From assembly GCF_019464535.1 (NCBI RefSeq), contig NZ_CP080507.1, positions 1,530,001-1,562,000 of the forward strand: DNA of 32,000 nucleotides, in the 5' to 3' direction. Position numbers and translations under genes: made by a program. Under the pieces are notes generated by a model. That model ran no database searches. It was not told the DNA's origin and saw only the letters and a program-made list of their open reading frames with translations. Of the stretch, positions 17,927 to 26,929 are shown piece by piece. Source of the DNA: Horticoccus luteus. Its GTDB lineage: Bacteria > Verrucomicrobiota > Verrucomicrobiia > Opitutales > Opitutaceae. Position 1 is the first letter of the stretch. Each line of letters begins with the position of its first letter.

Positions 17927-19501
17927 TCAATTCTTACGCGTGGAGACTTCGACGACGTCGTGGGGGGCGGCTTCTTTTTGGCCGGCAGGGCTGACGCGGA
18001 TGTAACGGGCGTGGTCACGTAGCGCGGCAAGGTTGGCGGCGCCGAGGTAACCCATGCCGCTTTGCACTCCGCCAATGAGGACGCCAAGCACGTCGTCGAC
18101 GGAGCCGGAGACTTCCTTGAGCGCCTCAATGCCTTCGGCGGCGACCTTGCGGGTGGCGTCGTTTTTGTCGTGGCCGTAGCGGGCGGCGCTGCCGGCTTTC
18201 ATGGCGGCGAGGGAGCCCATGCCGCGGTATTGTTTATAAAGTTTGCCGCTGATTTCCATGATTTCGCCGGGGGCTTCGCGGCAGCCGGCGAGGAGGCTGC
18301 CGCAAATCACGGCGTCGGCGAGGGTGAGGGCTTTGACGATGTCGCCGGACTTGGTGATGCCGCCGTCGGCGATGATGCGCACGCCGCGGGCGGCGGCGGA
18401 GCGGGAGGCGACGTAGAGGGCGGTGAGTTGCGGAATGCCGACGCCGGCGACGATTCGCGTGGTGCAGATGGAGCCGGGGCCCTGGCCGATCTTGATGGCG
18501 TTGGCGCCGCGCTCGGCGAGAAACTCCACGCCAGCGCCGCTGGTGACATTGCCGGCGATGATGGTGAGGTCGGGAAAGGCATCGCGGACGAGGCGCACCA
18601 TGTCGCCCACGCCGGACGTGTGGGCGTGCGCCGTGGAGATGGCGACGGCGTCGATCTGTTCCTCGACGAGGTGGCCGACGTGCGTGAGGATTTTGTCGCG
18701 ATCGAGCGCGCCGGAGGGAAGACGGACGGGGGAGAGCGCGGCGCCGACGACGAGGCGAAACTGGGCATCGCGCGCGGGTTTGCGGCGGGCCTTGGTTTCG
18801 CTGTTGATTTTCTCGACGTCGGAAATGGTGACGAGGCCGCGGAGGCGGTCGTCGCGATCGACGACGAGCATTTTGTTGATGCCGACGTGCGCGTCGAAGA
18901 AACGGTCGGCAGCTTTGATGGGGTCGGCGCCGAGCGTGGAGTCGAGTTCGGTGATGAGCGCACTGCGGGGCGTCATCACATCGGCGACGCGTTTCGATTT
19001 GTAACGGTCTTTGACGACGTTGCCGGAAAGGAGGCCGGCGAGGCGGCCGTCGGAATCGACGACGGGAAACGTGCTGAACGAAAAACGTTTCTGTTCAATG
19101 ATGGCGAGGACGTCGCCGATGAGCACGTCGGAGGTGACGGTGATGGGATCCTGGATGAGGCCGTGGATGTGACGCTTCACGCGGGCGACTTCCTTCACCT
19201 GGTCCTTCGGCGGCATGTTGTAGTGGATGAGGCCGAGGCCGCCGTTGAGCGCCATGGCGATGGCCATGCGGGACTCGGTGACCGTGTCCATGTCGGCCGA
19301 GATGACGGGAATCTGGAGCCGGAGTGAATCGCTCAGGGTCGTGGCGGTGTCGGCCTGTTTGGGCAGAATCTCGGAGTGGAGCGTCGCGAGGGAGACGTCG
19401 TCAAACGTCAGGGCGATCGGTCGGCTGGCGGGAAAAAACGCGTCGGCGGCGAGATAGAAATCCGCATCCAGGGCGGTGGCGTTCGTGGCAACCTTGGTCA
19501 T
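17927..19501 (-). CDS. guaB: Inosine-5-prime-monophosphate dehydrogenase with CBS pair
   Basis: 524-aa ORF with [18 protein letters not shown], the catalytic loop [21 protein letters not shown] and [20 protein letters not shown]-like [23 protein letters not shown] insert lies between them. The N-terminus is about 28 aa longer than usual, so the true start may lie downstream at a non-ATG codon. Confidence 0.92.
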   Translation of the reverse strand: MTKVATNATALDADFYLAADAFFPASRPIALTFDDVSLATLHSEILPKQADTATTLSDSLRLQIPVISADMDTVTESRMAIAMALNGGLGLIHYNMPPKDQVKEVARVKRHIHGLIQDPITVTSDVLIGDVLAIIEQKRFSFSTFPVVDSDGRLAGLLSGNVVKDRYKSKRVADVMTPRSALITELDSTLGADPIKAADRFFDAHVGINKMLVVDRDDRLRGLVTISDVEKINSETKARRKPARDAQFRLVVGAALSPVRLPSGALDRDKILTHVGHLVEEQIDAVAISTAHAHTSGVGDMVRLVRDAFPDLTIIAGNVTSGAGVEFLAERGANAIKIGQGPGSICTTRIVAGVGIPQLTALYVASRSAAARGVRIIADGGITKSGDIVKALTLADAVICGSLLAGCREAPGEIMEISGKLYKQYRGMGSLAAMKAGSAARYGHDKNDATRKVAAEGIEALKEVSGSVDDVLGVLIGGVQSGMGYLGAANLAALRDHARYIRVSPAGQKEAAPHDVVEVSTRKN

Positions 19502-19539
19502 GATTGCCGCTATCGCAGTAAGCCGGAGGAAGGAAAGCG

Positions 19540-19599
19540 CAACGGTTTTTCTGCGGCTGAAATTGGTTCAAAACCGTTGATAACTGTTGATAACTGTTG
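19540..19599. promoter_or_regulatory. Repeat-rich candidate operator region in the divergent guaB/menC intergenic
   Basis: Perfect 10-bp inverted repeat CAACGGTTTT (19540-19549) / AAAACCGTTG (19570-19579), immediately followed by the tandem 10-bp units GTTGATAACT GTTGATAACT GTTG (19576-19599). This is an AT-rich island in a GC-rich genome. Confidence 0.4.
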
Positions 19600-19637
19600 T
19601 CCGTGAGCAGTGCGGAGCGATCCGCAGTTAACCACGA

Positions 19638-20696
19638 ATGGACACGAAAAAACACGAATGTGAGCGGGGAGAAAGTTATCGCCTGGCGTGGCGGCGGTAT
19701 CGGTTGCCGATGCGCGTGTCGGTGCGGACGGCGCATGGCGTGTGGGCGGAGCGCGAGGGCGTGATTGTGCGGTTGGAGGATGACGCGGGGAATGTCGGCT
19801 ATGGCGAGGCGGCGCCGATTCCGTGGTTTGGGACGGAGACGGTGGAGGACATCGAGGCGGGTTGCGCCGCGCTCGGCGAACGTGTGACGCGAGAAACGTT
19901 GGGCGCGTTGCCGGTGCGTCTGGGGTGTTTGCGCGGGGCGCTGGCGGCGGCGAGGGCGGCGGACGCCGACGGGATGAAGCATGATTACCTGCGGGTGGCG
20001 GCGTTGCTACCGGCGGGTGAGGCGGCGCGGGCGGTGCTGGTGGAGCAAGCGGAGGCGGGTTTTCGTGTATTCAAATGGAAGGTCGGCGTGGCGGACGCGC
20101 GGGCGGAAATGGGGCAGCTCGACGAACTTTGCGGCGAAATGCCGGAGGGCGCGCGGCTGCGGCTCGACGCGAATGGCGCGTGGGACCGGCGCACGGCGGA
20201 GCGGTGGCTGGCTTTGTGCGCGGAGCGGCCGGTGGAATTTGTGGAGCAGCCGTGTTTCGCGGCGGCGGGCGAAGGCGAGACGGCGCAACGGCGCGCGGAG
20301 GATGCGTTGCGCGGGCTGGCGGAAGATTATCCGACGCCGATCGCACTCGACGAATCGCTCGTGGGCGCGGGCGATGTGGCGCGGTGGCTGGGCGCGGGGT
20401 GGCGCGGCGTGTTTGTGGTGAAGCCGTCGCTACTCGGCGAGGTGCGGAAGGCGTTGGACGCCTTGTCGGCGGCGAAGGCGAGCGTGGTGTTTTCGTCGGC
20501 ACTGGAAACGGCGGTGGGCGCGCGAATGGCGCTGGAGTGCGCGTTTCGCTGGGAAGGCGAGGCGCGGGCGTTGGGGTTCGGAGTGTGGCCGTTGTTTGCG
20601 GACCGGCGGTTCGACGGGCCGCCGGCGGCGCCGTTTATGCGGGCGGAGGATGTGGCGCGTTTAAATCCGGAGACGATATGGAACGCGTTGAGCTAG
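19638..20696 (+). CDS. menC: o-Succinylbenzoate synthase (enolase superfamily)
   Basis: 352-aa ORF with enolase-superfamily catalytic blocks FKWKVG (KxK), RLDANGAW, VEFVEQP and IALDES, directly followed by menE. The start is uncertain because the first ~12 codons overlap AT-rich repeats. Confidence 0.75.
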   Translation: MDTKKHECERGESYRLAWRRYRLPMRVSVRTAHGVWAEREGVIVRLEDDAGNVGYGEAAPIPWFGTETVEDIEAGCAALGERVTRETLGALPVRLGCLRGALAAARAADADGMKHDYLRVAALLPAGEAARAVLVEQAEAGFRVFKWKVGVADARAEMGQLDELCGEMPEGARLRLDANGAWDRRTAERWLALCAERPVEFVEQPCFAAAGEGETAQRRAEDALRGLAEDYPTPIALDESLVGAGDVARWLGAGWRGVFVVKPSLLGEVRKALDALSAAKASVVFSSALETAVGARMALECAFRWEGEARALGFGVWPLFADRRFDGPPAAPFMRAEDVARLNPETIWNALS

Positions 20697-21931
20697 CGCG
20701 GCGGCTCGGGGCGGAGCCGCACGGAGAGAACGAACCGGCGGTGATCGAGGGCGGATCAGCCGGGCACGCGGCGGAATTCATGGCGGCTTTGGCGCGCGCG
20801 GTGGCGGGGCGCGGCAGCGTGTTTTTGGCGGATCCGGCGTGGAAGGAGGCGGAGCGAGCGGTGCTGGCGGAAGTCGTGGCGGCGGCGCGGGAGGCGTCGG
20901 CGGGCGAGCGCGGCTGGCTGATGATTCCGAGCGGCGGGACGACGGGCCGGGTGAAATTTGCGCGGCATGATGCGGCGACGCTCGCGGCGGCGGCGCGGGG
21001 ATTTGCCGGGCATTTTTCGGTGCCGGCGGTGAACGCGATCAACATCCTGCCGCTGCATCATGTGAGCGGATTGATGCCGTGGATGCGTTGCGTGGTGACG
21101 GGCGGAAAGCATGTCGTGGGCGACTGGAAGCGTATCGAGGCGGGGGAGTTTCCGGACGTGCCGGCGGGCGGCGCGTGGTTTTTGTCGCTCGTGCCGACGC
21201 AGTTGCAACGCCTGCTGGGCTCGGCGCGCGCGGTGGAGTGGTTGCGGAAGTTTCGCGCGGTGTGCGTCGGCGGCGGACCGGCGTGGGCGGCGTTGCTGGA
21301 GCAGGGCGCGGATGCGCGGCTGCCGCTGGCGGTGAGTTATGGAATGACGGAGACGGCGGCGATGGTGACGGCGCTGCGGCCGGAGGAATTTCTGGCGGGC
21401 GGGCGAAATTGCGGCGCGGCGCTGCCTCATGCGCGCGTGACCATCGGCGCGGAGGGCGGCGTGAGCGTGGCGGGGGAGTCGTTGTTTCGCGGCTACTTTC
21501 CGGCGTGGCGCGAGGCGCGGGCGGCGTGGGTGACGGGCGACGTCGGAGAACTGGACGCGCGTGGACGGCTGCGGATTTTCGGGCGGCGCGACGCGGTGAT
21601 CATCACGGGCGGAAAAAAGGTGGATCCGGCGGACGTGGAGGCGGCGTTGCGGGCGACGGGCGAATTTGAGGACGTGGCCGTGGTGGCGGCGGACGACGCG
21701 GACTGGGGGCAGGCGGTGGTCGCGTGTTATCCGGCGGAAGAGCGCGGGCGGGCGCCGGATTGGGAGCGCGTGCGGGAGCGGTTGAGCGAAACGTTGCCGG
21801 CGTTCAAGCGGCCGAAACGTTACGTGGCGCTGGCAGCGTGGCCGCGCAATGCGCAGGGGAAATTAAACCGGGCAACGCTGATGAGAGCGATCGCGGCGGC
21901 GGGGGCGAACGGCGTCAGCGGGGAGCGTTGA
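20678..21931 (+). CDS. menE: o-Succinylbenzoate-CoA ligase (adenylate-forming enzyme)
   Basis: ORF 20075..21931 trimmed to ATG 20678 (MERVELARRLG...). AMP-binding motifs are IPSGGTTGRVKF, YGMTETA and TGDVGELDARGRLRIFGRRDAVIITGGKKV, with a terminal lysine in GKLNR. It overlaps the menC end by 19 nt. Confidence 0.8.
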   Translation: MERVELARRLGAEPHGENEPAVIEGGSAGHAAEFMAALARAVAGRGSVFLADPAWKEAERAVLAEVVAAAREASAGERGWLMIPSGGTTGRVKFARHDAATLAAAARGFAGHFSVPAVNAINILPLHHVSGLMPWMRCVVTGGKHVVGDWKRIEAGEFPDVPAGGAWFLSLVPTQLQRLLGSARAVEWLRKFRAVCVGGGPAWAALLEQGADARLPLAVSYGMTETAAMVTALRPEEFLAGGRNCGAALPHARVTIGAEGGVSVAGESLFRGYFPAWREARAAWVTGDVGELDARGRLRIFGRRDAVIITGGKKVDPADVEAALRATGEFEDVAVVAADDADWGQAVVACYPAEERGRAPDWERVRERLSETLPAFKRPKRYVALAAWPRNAQGKLNRATLMRAIAAAGANGVSGER

Positions 21932-22334
21932 TCCAGGCGGCGAGGGCGGGAGGGAGCGGGGCGCGTTCGCGGAGAGTGGGATTGGTGCAGACGTGTTCGG
22001 TGCGCACGCGGGCGGCGAGTTTCTCGGGGCGGCGCAGGCGCCAGAGCTCGTAGTCGATCGCGTAGGCGTTTTCGGAGAGCGGCGTGGGCGCGAGGGTGAT
22101 GCGAAGTTTGTCGCCGCATTCGAGCGGGCGGAGGTAGTCGGCGGCGCTTTTGCTGACGGGAACGACGAGGCCGGTGGCGCGGAAGAACGTGTTGAGTTCG
22201 AGGCCGGCGGCGGCGAGGGCTTCTTCGTAGGCTTCGTGGCAGATGGAAAGGTAGTTCGCGAAATAGACGACGCCGGCGGCGTCGGTGTCGGCGAAGCGCA
22301 CGGTGCGGAGATACGCGAAGGGCATGGGCGTCAT
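21915..22334 (-). CDS. Hotdog-fold acyl-CoA thioesterase (YbgC/4HBT type; likely 1,4-dihydroxy-2-naphthoyl-CoA hydrolase)
   Basis: 139-aa ORF with N-terminal RTVRFADTDAAGVVYFANYL (catalytic Asp in the DTD context), as in Slr0204-type DHNA-CoA thioesterases. It is convergent with and overlaps menE by 17 nt. The function is inferred from the men context. Confidence 0.65.
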   Translation of the reverse strand: MTPMPFAYLRTVRFADTDAAGVVYFANYLSICHEAYEEALAAAGLELNTFFRATGLVVPVSKSAADYLRPLECGDKLRITLAPTPLSENAYAIDYELWRLRRPEKLAARVRTEHVCTNPTLRERAPLPPALAAWINAPR

Positions 22335-22373
22335 TTTCGTTTTCGCTTTTAAGTTTTCGACTTAATTTCCTGC

Positions 22374-24155
22374 GTGATGACCAAAAACGAGATCGCCGAG
22401 ATTTTGGACGAAATCGGGATGCTGCTGGAATTGCAGGGGGAGAATCCGTTCAAGGTGCGCGCCTACGTGGCGGGGGCGCGGGCGGTGGAGGCGATGGAAG
22501 GCGCGGACCTGGCGCGGCTGGTCGAGGCGGGGGAGTTGAAATCGGTGAAGGGCATCGGCGATGCGCTGGCGTTGAAAATCGCGGAGCTGCACACGACGGG
22601 GCGGCTGGGATTTTACGAGAAGCTCAAGGCGTCGATTGCGCCGGGGTTGTTGGAGTTGCGGGAGATTCCGGGCGTGGGGCCGAAGAAAGTGCGGGCATTG
22701 CACACGCAGCTCGGGGTGAACTCGATCGCGGACCTGATCGCGGCGTGCAACGACGGGCGCGTGGCGGAGCTGGCGGGGTTTGGGGCGAAGACGCAGGAGA
22801 AAATTCTCGCGGGGATTCGGAATCGCGAGGCTTACGGGCGGCGGCATTTGTGGTGGGATGCGGCGGAGGTGGCGGAGCCGATCGTCGCCGGGTTGCGGGC
22901 GTTGCCGCAGGTGCGGCGCGCGGAAGCGGCGGGGAGTTTGCGGCGCGGGCTGGAGACGGTGGGCGATCTGGATTTTATTGTCGCGGCGTCCGACGTGGGG
23001 CCGGTGATGGACTGGTTCACGGGACTGGCGGGGGTGAAGGAGATCACGGGGCGCGGCGAGACGAAGGCGAGTGTGCGTTTCGAGAGCGGCTTGCAGGCGG
23101 ATTTGCGCATCGTGCCGGAGGAGCAGTTCGCGTTTGCGCTGCATCATTTCACGGGTTCGAAGGATCATAATGTGCAGATGCGGCAGCGCGCGCTGGCGCG
23201 GGGCTTGAGCCTGAGCGAGTGGGGTCTCGTGCCCGCGGAGGGCGAAGGGACGGTGAAGGCGAAGGTCGAGGCGGGCGACGCGCTGCGCAAGAAAGTGGCG
23301 GGGGTGAAAACCGAGGCGGAGCTTTTTGCGGCGTTGGGTCTGGCGTTCATTCCGCCGGAGTTGCGCGAAGGGATGGGCGAGATCGAGGCGGCGGAGCGGG
23401 GGGAATTGCCGCGACTGGTGGAGGCGGGAGATTTGCGCGGGGCGTTTCACAATCACACGACCGCGTCGGACGGGCGCAACACGCTGATTGAAATGGTGGC
23501 GGCGGCGGAGGCGTTGGGCTGGGAATACCTCGGGATCGCGGACCACTCGAAGTCGAGTTTTCAAGCGAACGGGTTGAGCGAGGAGCGGCTGCTGATGCAG
23601 GTGGCGGAGATCAGGAAATTAAACGAAAGCGGACGGTTCAAGGCGCAGGCGTTTTCCGGCGTGGAGTGCGATATTCTGCCGGACGGGCGGCTGGACTTCG
23701 ATGACGCGACGCTTGCGCAGCTCGATTACGTGGTGGCGTCGGTGCACAACGTTTTTTCACAGAGCGAAGCGGTGATGACGGCGCGGATTTTGAAGGCAAT
23801 CGAGCATCCGCGGACGACGATGCTGGGGCACCTGACGGGGCGGTTGTTGCTGCGGCGCGAAGGGTATCAGGTGGACGCGGCGAAAGTGATCGATGCGGCG
23901 ATCGCGCATGGCGTGGTCATCGAGTTGAACGCGAGTCCGTGGCGGTTGGAGCTGGATTGGCGGTTGTGGAAAAAAGCGGCGGAGCGCGGGCTGCTGTGCG
24001 CGATCAATCCCGATGCCCACGAGACGGCGGGCCTGGAGCACGTGCGGGCAGGCGTGCTGGCGGCGCGCAAGGGATGGTTGCAGCGCGAGCAAATCCTGAA
24101 CACGCGGCCGCGCGCGGACGTGGCGGCGTATTTCGCGGCGCGGCGGGGGCGTTAA
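22374..24155 (+). CDS. polX: Family X DNA polymerase with C-terminal PHP domain (PolX)
   Basis: 593-aa ORF. It has N-terminal HhH blocks ([27 protein letters not shown]), the pol-beta nucleotidyltransferase motif [17 protein letters not shown], and the PHP domain [10 protein letters not shown]...ADHS. The start is GTG 22374 or ATG 22377. Confidence 0.88.
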   Translation: MMTKNEIAEILDEIGMLLELQGENPFKVRAYVAGARAVEAMEGADLARLVEAGELKSVKGIGDALALKIAELHTTGRLGFYEKLKASIAPGLLELREIPGVGPKKVRALHTQLGVNSIADLIAACNDGRVAELAGFGAKTQEKILAGIRNREAYGRRHLWWDAAEVAEPIVAGLRALPQVRRAEAAGSLRRGLETVGDLDFIVAASDVGPVMDWFTGLAGVKEITGRGETKASVRFESGLQADLRIVPEEQFAFALHHFTGSKDHNVQMRQRALARGLSLSEWGLVPAEGEGTVKAKVEAGDALRKKVAGVKTEAELFAALGLAFIPPELREGMGEIEAAERGELPRLVEAGDLRGAFHNHTTASDGRNTLIEMVAAAEALGWEYLGIADHSKSSFQANGLSEERLLMQVAEIRKLNESGRFKAQAFSGVECDILPDGRLDFDDATLAQLDYVVASVHNVFSQSEAVMTARILKAIEHPRTTMLGHLTGRLLLRREGYQVDAAKVIDAAIAHGVVIELNASPWRLELDWRLWKKAAERGLLCAINPDAHETAGLEHVRAGVLAARKGWLQREQILNTRPRADVAAYFAARRGR

Positions 24156-24469
24156 CGCGAGAAGGCTTTGAGGCCGGCAACGCCGACGACGATCAGGGCG
24201 ATGCAGAGGAGGCGGATGGGGGAGGCGCTTTCGTCGTAAAGAATGATCCCGGCGATGGCGGTGCCGACGGCGCCGATGCCGGTCCAGACGGCGTAGGCGG
24301 TGCCGATGGGGAGTCCGCGTGCAGCGAGGGCGAGGAGAAACATGCTCGCGCCCATCGCCGAAACCACGAAGACGGACGGCCACAGGCGCGTGAAGCCGTG
24401 GGCGGATTTCAGGGCGGACGCCCACACGATTTCGAGCGCGGCGGCGATGAAGAGAAGCGTCCAGTGCAT
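24152..24469 (-). CDS. sugE: SMR-family small multidrug/guanidinium exporter (SugE/Gdx-like)
   Basis: 105 aa with four TM helices and the conserved membrane Glu in AAALEIVWA. The [20 protein letters not shown] block is typical of the SMR family. Confidence 0.85.
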   Translation of the reverse strand: MHWTLLFIAAALEIVWASALKSAHGFTRLWPSVFVVSAMGASMFLLALAARGLPIGTAYAVWTGIGAVGTAIAGIILYDESASPIRLLCIALIVVGVAGLKAFSR

Positions 24470-24546
24470 CGCGGGGTTGTTGGCAGCGCGCAGCCGGACG
24501 CGCGAGCGCGAATGGAAACGTTGTGCGGGCGGCTGAGCGCGGGCAC

Positions 24547-24574
24547 AAAAAAGCGCGGACCGAGTGGGCCGCGC
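24547..24574 (-). terminator. Intrinsic terminator after the 81-aa membrane protein gene
   Basis: The minus strand reads GCGCGGCCCACTCGGTCCGCGC followed by TTTTTTG. The stem is GCGCGG/CCGCGC plus 2 further bp, and the A-run on plus is 24547-24552. Confidence 0.7.
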
Positions 24575-24587
24575 GGGTGAGTCGCGT

Positions 24588-24833
24588 TTACTCCGCCGGG
24601 CGGCGGTATTGAAACCGCCAGACCATGCGGAACATCCACAGGGCGAGCCAGAAAACGCCGGTCAGGCAGAGAGCGGTCAACGCGCCCCAGAGCGTGATCA
24701 TCTTCGGATCGCTCGACGGGACGTGCGCCTTCATCACCCAGAACATGAAGGCGAAAAAGGCGGCAACCAATATGATGTCCACGACAACGGTGACGGCGGA
24801 CGCGTGTTTTTCCTTTGGCGATGTCTGCTCCAT
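24588..24833 (-). CDS. Small two-TM membrane protein, unknown function
   Basis: This is the 3-prime part of ORF 24588..25886, starting at ATG 24833: [37 protein letters not shown]...[21 protein letters not shown]...RRPAE. It has two clear hydrophobic helices and its own terminator downstream. Confidence 0.55.
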   Translation of the reverse strand: MEQTSPKEKHASAVTVVVDIILVAAFFAFMFWVMKAHVPSSDPKMITLWGALTALCLTGVFWLALWMFRMVWRFQYRRPAE

Positions 24834-24910
24834 GATTGTCCGCAGAAAGAGAGTTAGAACGGGGTGGTTGTCCACGGAAAATTCTCGTGGCAGGGCCGCG
24901 GGCGGGCGCC

Positions 24911-26194
24911 CTAGGGCGCAGGCTTCGGGATGGCGCTCGTGAGAATTTCGGGTGCACCGGTGGTGACGAGCACGTTGTCCTCGATCCGGACGCCACCGAG
25001 CGCGAGGTGCGGCGTGACGGCGTCCCAGTTGACGCAATCGTGAAAGCGTTGCCGGCGCGCGGGATCGTTGAGGAGCGCGGGGATGAAATAGAGGCCAGGC
25101 TCGACGGTGACGACGTAGCCGGGCTGGAGCGGCAGATCGAGGCGCAGGCTGCGAAGACCGGCGCGGGGATCTTTGGCGCGGCCGGGGGCTTGCCCGCTGC
25201 CATCGCGAACGCCGAGGCCGACGAGATGGCCGAGGCCGTGCGGAAAGAATAGCGTGTGCGCCTCCTGCTCGACGAGCGATTCCGCGGAGCCGCGCATGAG
25301 ACCAAGCTGCACGAGACCGTCGACCATCTCGACAGCGGCGGCGAGATGGACGGCTTTCCACTCGGCGCCCGCCACGCAACGGGCGATGGCGTTTTGTTCG
25401 GTCGAAAGCACGATGGCATAGAGGTCGCGTTGGAAAGGCGTCGCCTGGCCGACAACGTAGGTCCGGGTGACGTCGGCCATGTAGCGATCGATTTCCGCGC
25501 CGGCATCGACGAGCACAAACTCGCCGTCGCGCGCTGCGCGCTCTGACGGATCGAAATGGAGGATCGCGGCGTGCGGCCCAGTGCCAACGATCGTGCCGTA
25601 GCCCGGGCGGCGACCGCCTGCGCGAGCGAAACCGCACTCGAGTTCCACTTGCAGAGCCCGTTCGGTGACGCCCGGGCGCAGAGCGGCCACCAGGGCGGAA
25701 AATCCGTGTGCGGTGGCGTCGGCCGCGCGCCGGATGAGCGCGATCTCGGTGGAATCTTTGGCGCGGCGGGCGTGGACGAAGCGAGTCCGGGCGGCGGCGG
25801 AAGCGGCCGCGTCGGCGGCGAGGCCGGCACGCGGGACGGGGGCGCCGAAAGTCAGCACGGGGCGACCGGCACGGCTGGCGAGCCACTCGTCGAGCTGGGC
25901 GAGCGGCGTGCCGGGCGGCTGTTCGCGCCCTTCCCAGACGCGTTCGGCTTCGGTGACTTCGGGAACGAAACTGATCCAGCCGGAGGTTTCACCATCGCGC
26001 GGATCGAGCGCGACGACGCCGCCGGGGCATTCGAGAGCGGCGAGATAATAGTAGTCGGCGTGGGCGCGGAAGGGGTAAGTCTGGTCGCTGTTTTCGGGGA
26101 GCGGGATGGGTTCGCCGGCGCCGACGAGGAGAAGCTCGTCGTGGAGATCGAGGGCGCGGGCGACGCGGGCCCGGCGTTCGTCGAGGTAGGGCAT
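24911..26194 (-). CDS. Xaa-Pro aminopeptidase (peptidase M24B)
   Basis: ORF 24911..26299 trimmed to ATG 26194 (MPYLDERRARV...). Metal ligand blocks are VDAGAEIDRYMADVTRT, HGLGHLVGLGVRD, VVTVEPGLY and GGVRIEDNVLVT. Confidence 0.85.
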   Translation of the reverse strand: MPYLDERRARVARALDLHDELLLVGAGEPIPLPENSDQTYPFRAHADYYYLAALECPGGVVALDPRDGETSGWISFVPEVTEAERVWEGREQPPGTPLAQLDEWLASRAGRPVLTFGAPVPRAGLAADAAASAAARTRFVHARRAKDSTEIALIRRAADATAHGFSALVAALRPGVTERALQVELECGFARAGGRRPGYGTIVGTGPHAAILHFDPSERAARDGEFVLVDAGAEIDRYMADVTRTYVVGQATPFQRDLYAIVLSTEQNAIARCVAGAEWKAVHLAAAVEMVDGLVQLGLMRGSAESLVEQEAHTLFFPHGLGHLVGLGVRDGSGQAPGRAKDPRAGLRSLRLDLPLQPGYVVTVEPGLYFIPALLNDPARRQRFHDCVNWDAVTPHLALGGVRIEDNVLVTTGAPEILTSAIPKPAP

Positions 26195-26341
26195 GGGTGC
26201 GTTGTCCCACGGCGGTGCGGAGGCGTCAAAACGCAAAGGTGCGGGTGTGCCGAGCGGGCGACGGCGGACGGTCGCACGCGCAAGCGAGGCGCGAACCAAG
26301 GCCGGGAATGCGAAGGGTCGCGCGATGCGCCGGGCGCGGGC

Positions 26342-26794
26342 TCAAGGGGATTTGTGCCGGTGCTCGGGCGGCACGATGACGACGGGGCAGGGCGCGCCTT
26401 TGACGACGCCGTTGGCGGTGGTTCCGACGAGAAGATCGTAGAGGGCGGTGTGGCCGTGGGAGCCCATGACGATATACGCCGCATGGGAGGCGCGCGCCTG
26501 TTCGAGAATCAGGCTGACCGGCGCGCCGGTGCGGTGCACGATTTCGATGTCCGCGCCGGTGGCGGTGAATTTTTTCTGCCAGGCGGCGAGCTGTTTGCCG
26601 GCGGCGCGCTCGCTGACGGTGACGATCTCCGCAATGTTTTCCATCATGACGCCGTATTCGGTATTGATGACTGGCGGCTGCACGATGTGGAGGAAAACGA
26701 CACGGCCCGAAAACGCCCGGGCGAGCTTGACGGCGGCTTCGGCCACCCGCTCGCTGACGGCGGAAAAATCGAGGGGCGCAAGGATGGTTGTCAT
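26342..26794 (-). CDS. Universal stress protein (UspA family)
   Basis: 150 aa. The C-terminal ATP-binding pattern GSHGHTALYDLLVGTTANGVVKGAPCPVVIV (G-2x-G-9x-G-S/T) is typical of USPs. Confidence 0.8.
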   Translation of the reverse strand: MTTILAPLDFSAVSERVAEAAVKLARAFSGRVVFLHIVQPPVINTEYGVMMENIAEIVTVSERAAGKQLAAWQKKFTATGADIEIVHRTGAPVSLILEQARASHAAYIVMGSHGHTALYDLLVGTTANGVVKGAPCPVVIVPPEHRHKSP

Positions 26795-26886
26795 GCCATG
26801 AGTTTAGCGTCGGCGGGAAAAAGTGACAGGCGAAAAAGGCGGCGCGGCGGGCAAGGGGATTTGTCATAACAGCGAGGCCGCACAAA

Positions 26887-26915
26887 GTGACAGCTTGCCA
26901 GCGCCGCAATAGAAT
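26887..26915 (+). promoter_or_regulatory. Sigma-70-like promoter candidate for cimA
   Basis: GTGACA (26887-26892), a 17-nt spacer, then TAGAAT (26910-26915), 15 nt before the cimA ATG at 26930. This would give a very short leader. Whether this consensus applies in this lineage is unverified. Confidence 0.35.
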
Positions 26916-26929
26916 CAACGCTGACGTGA

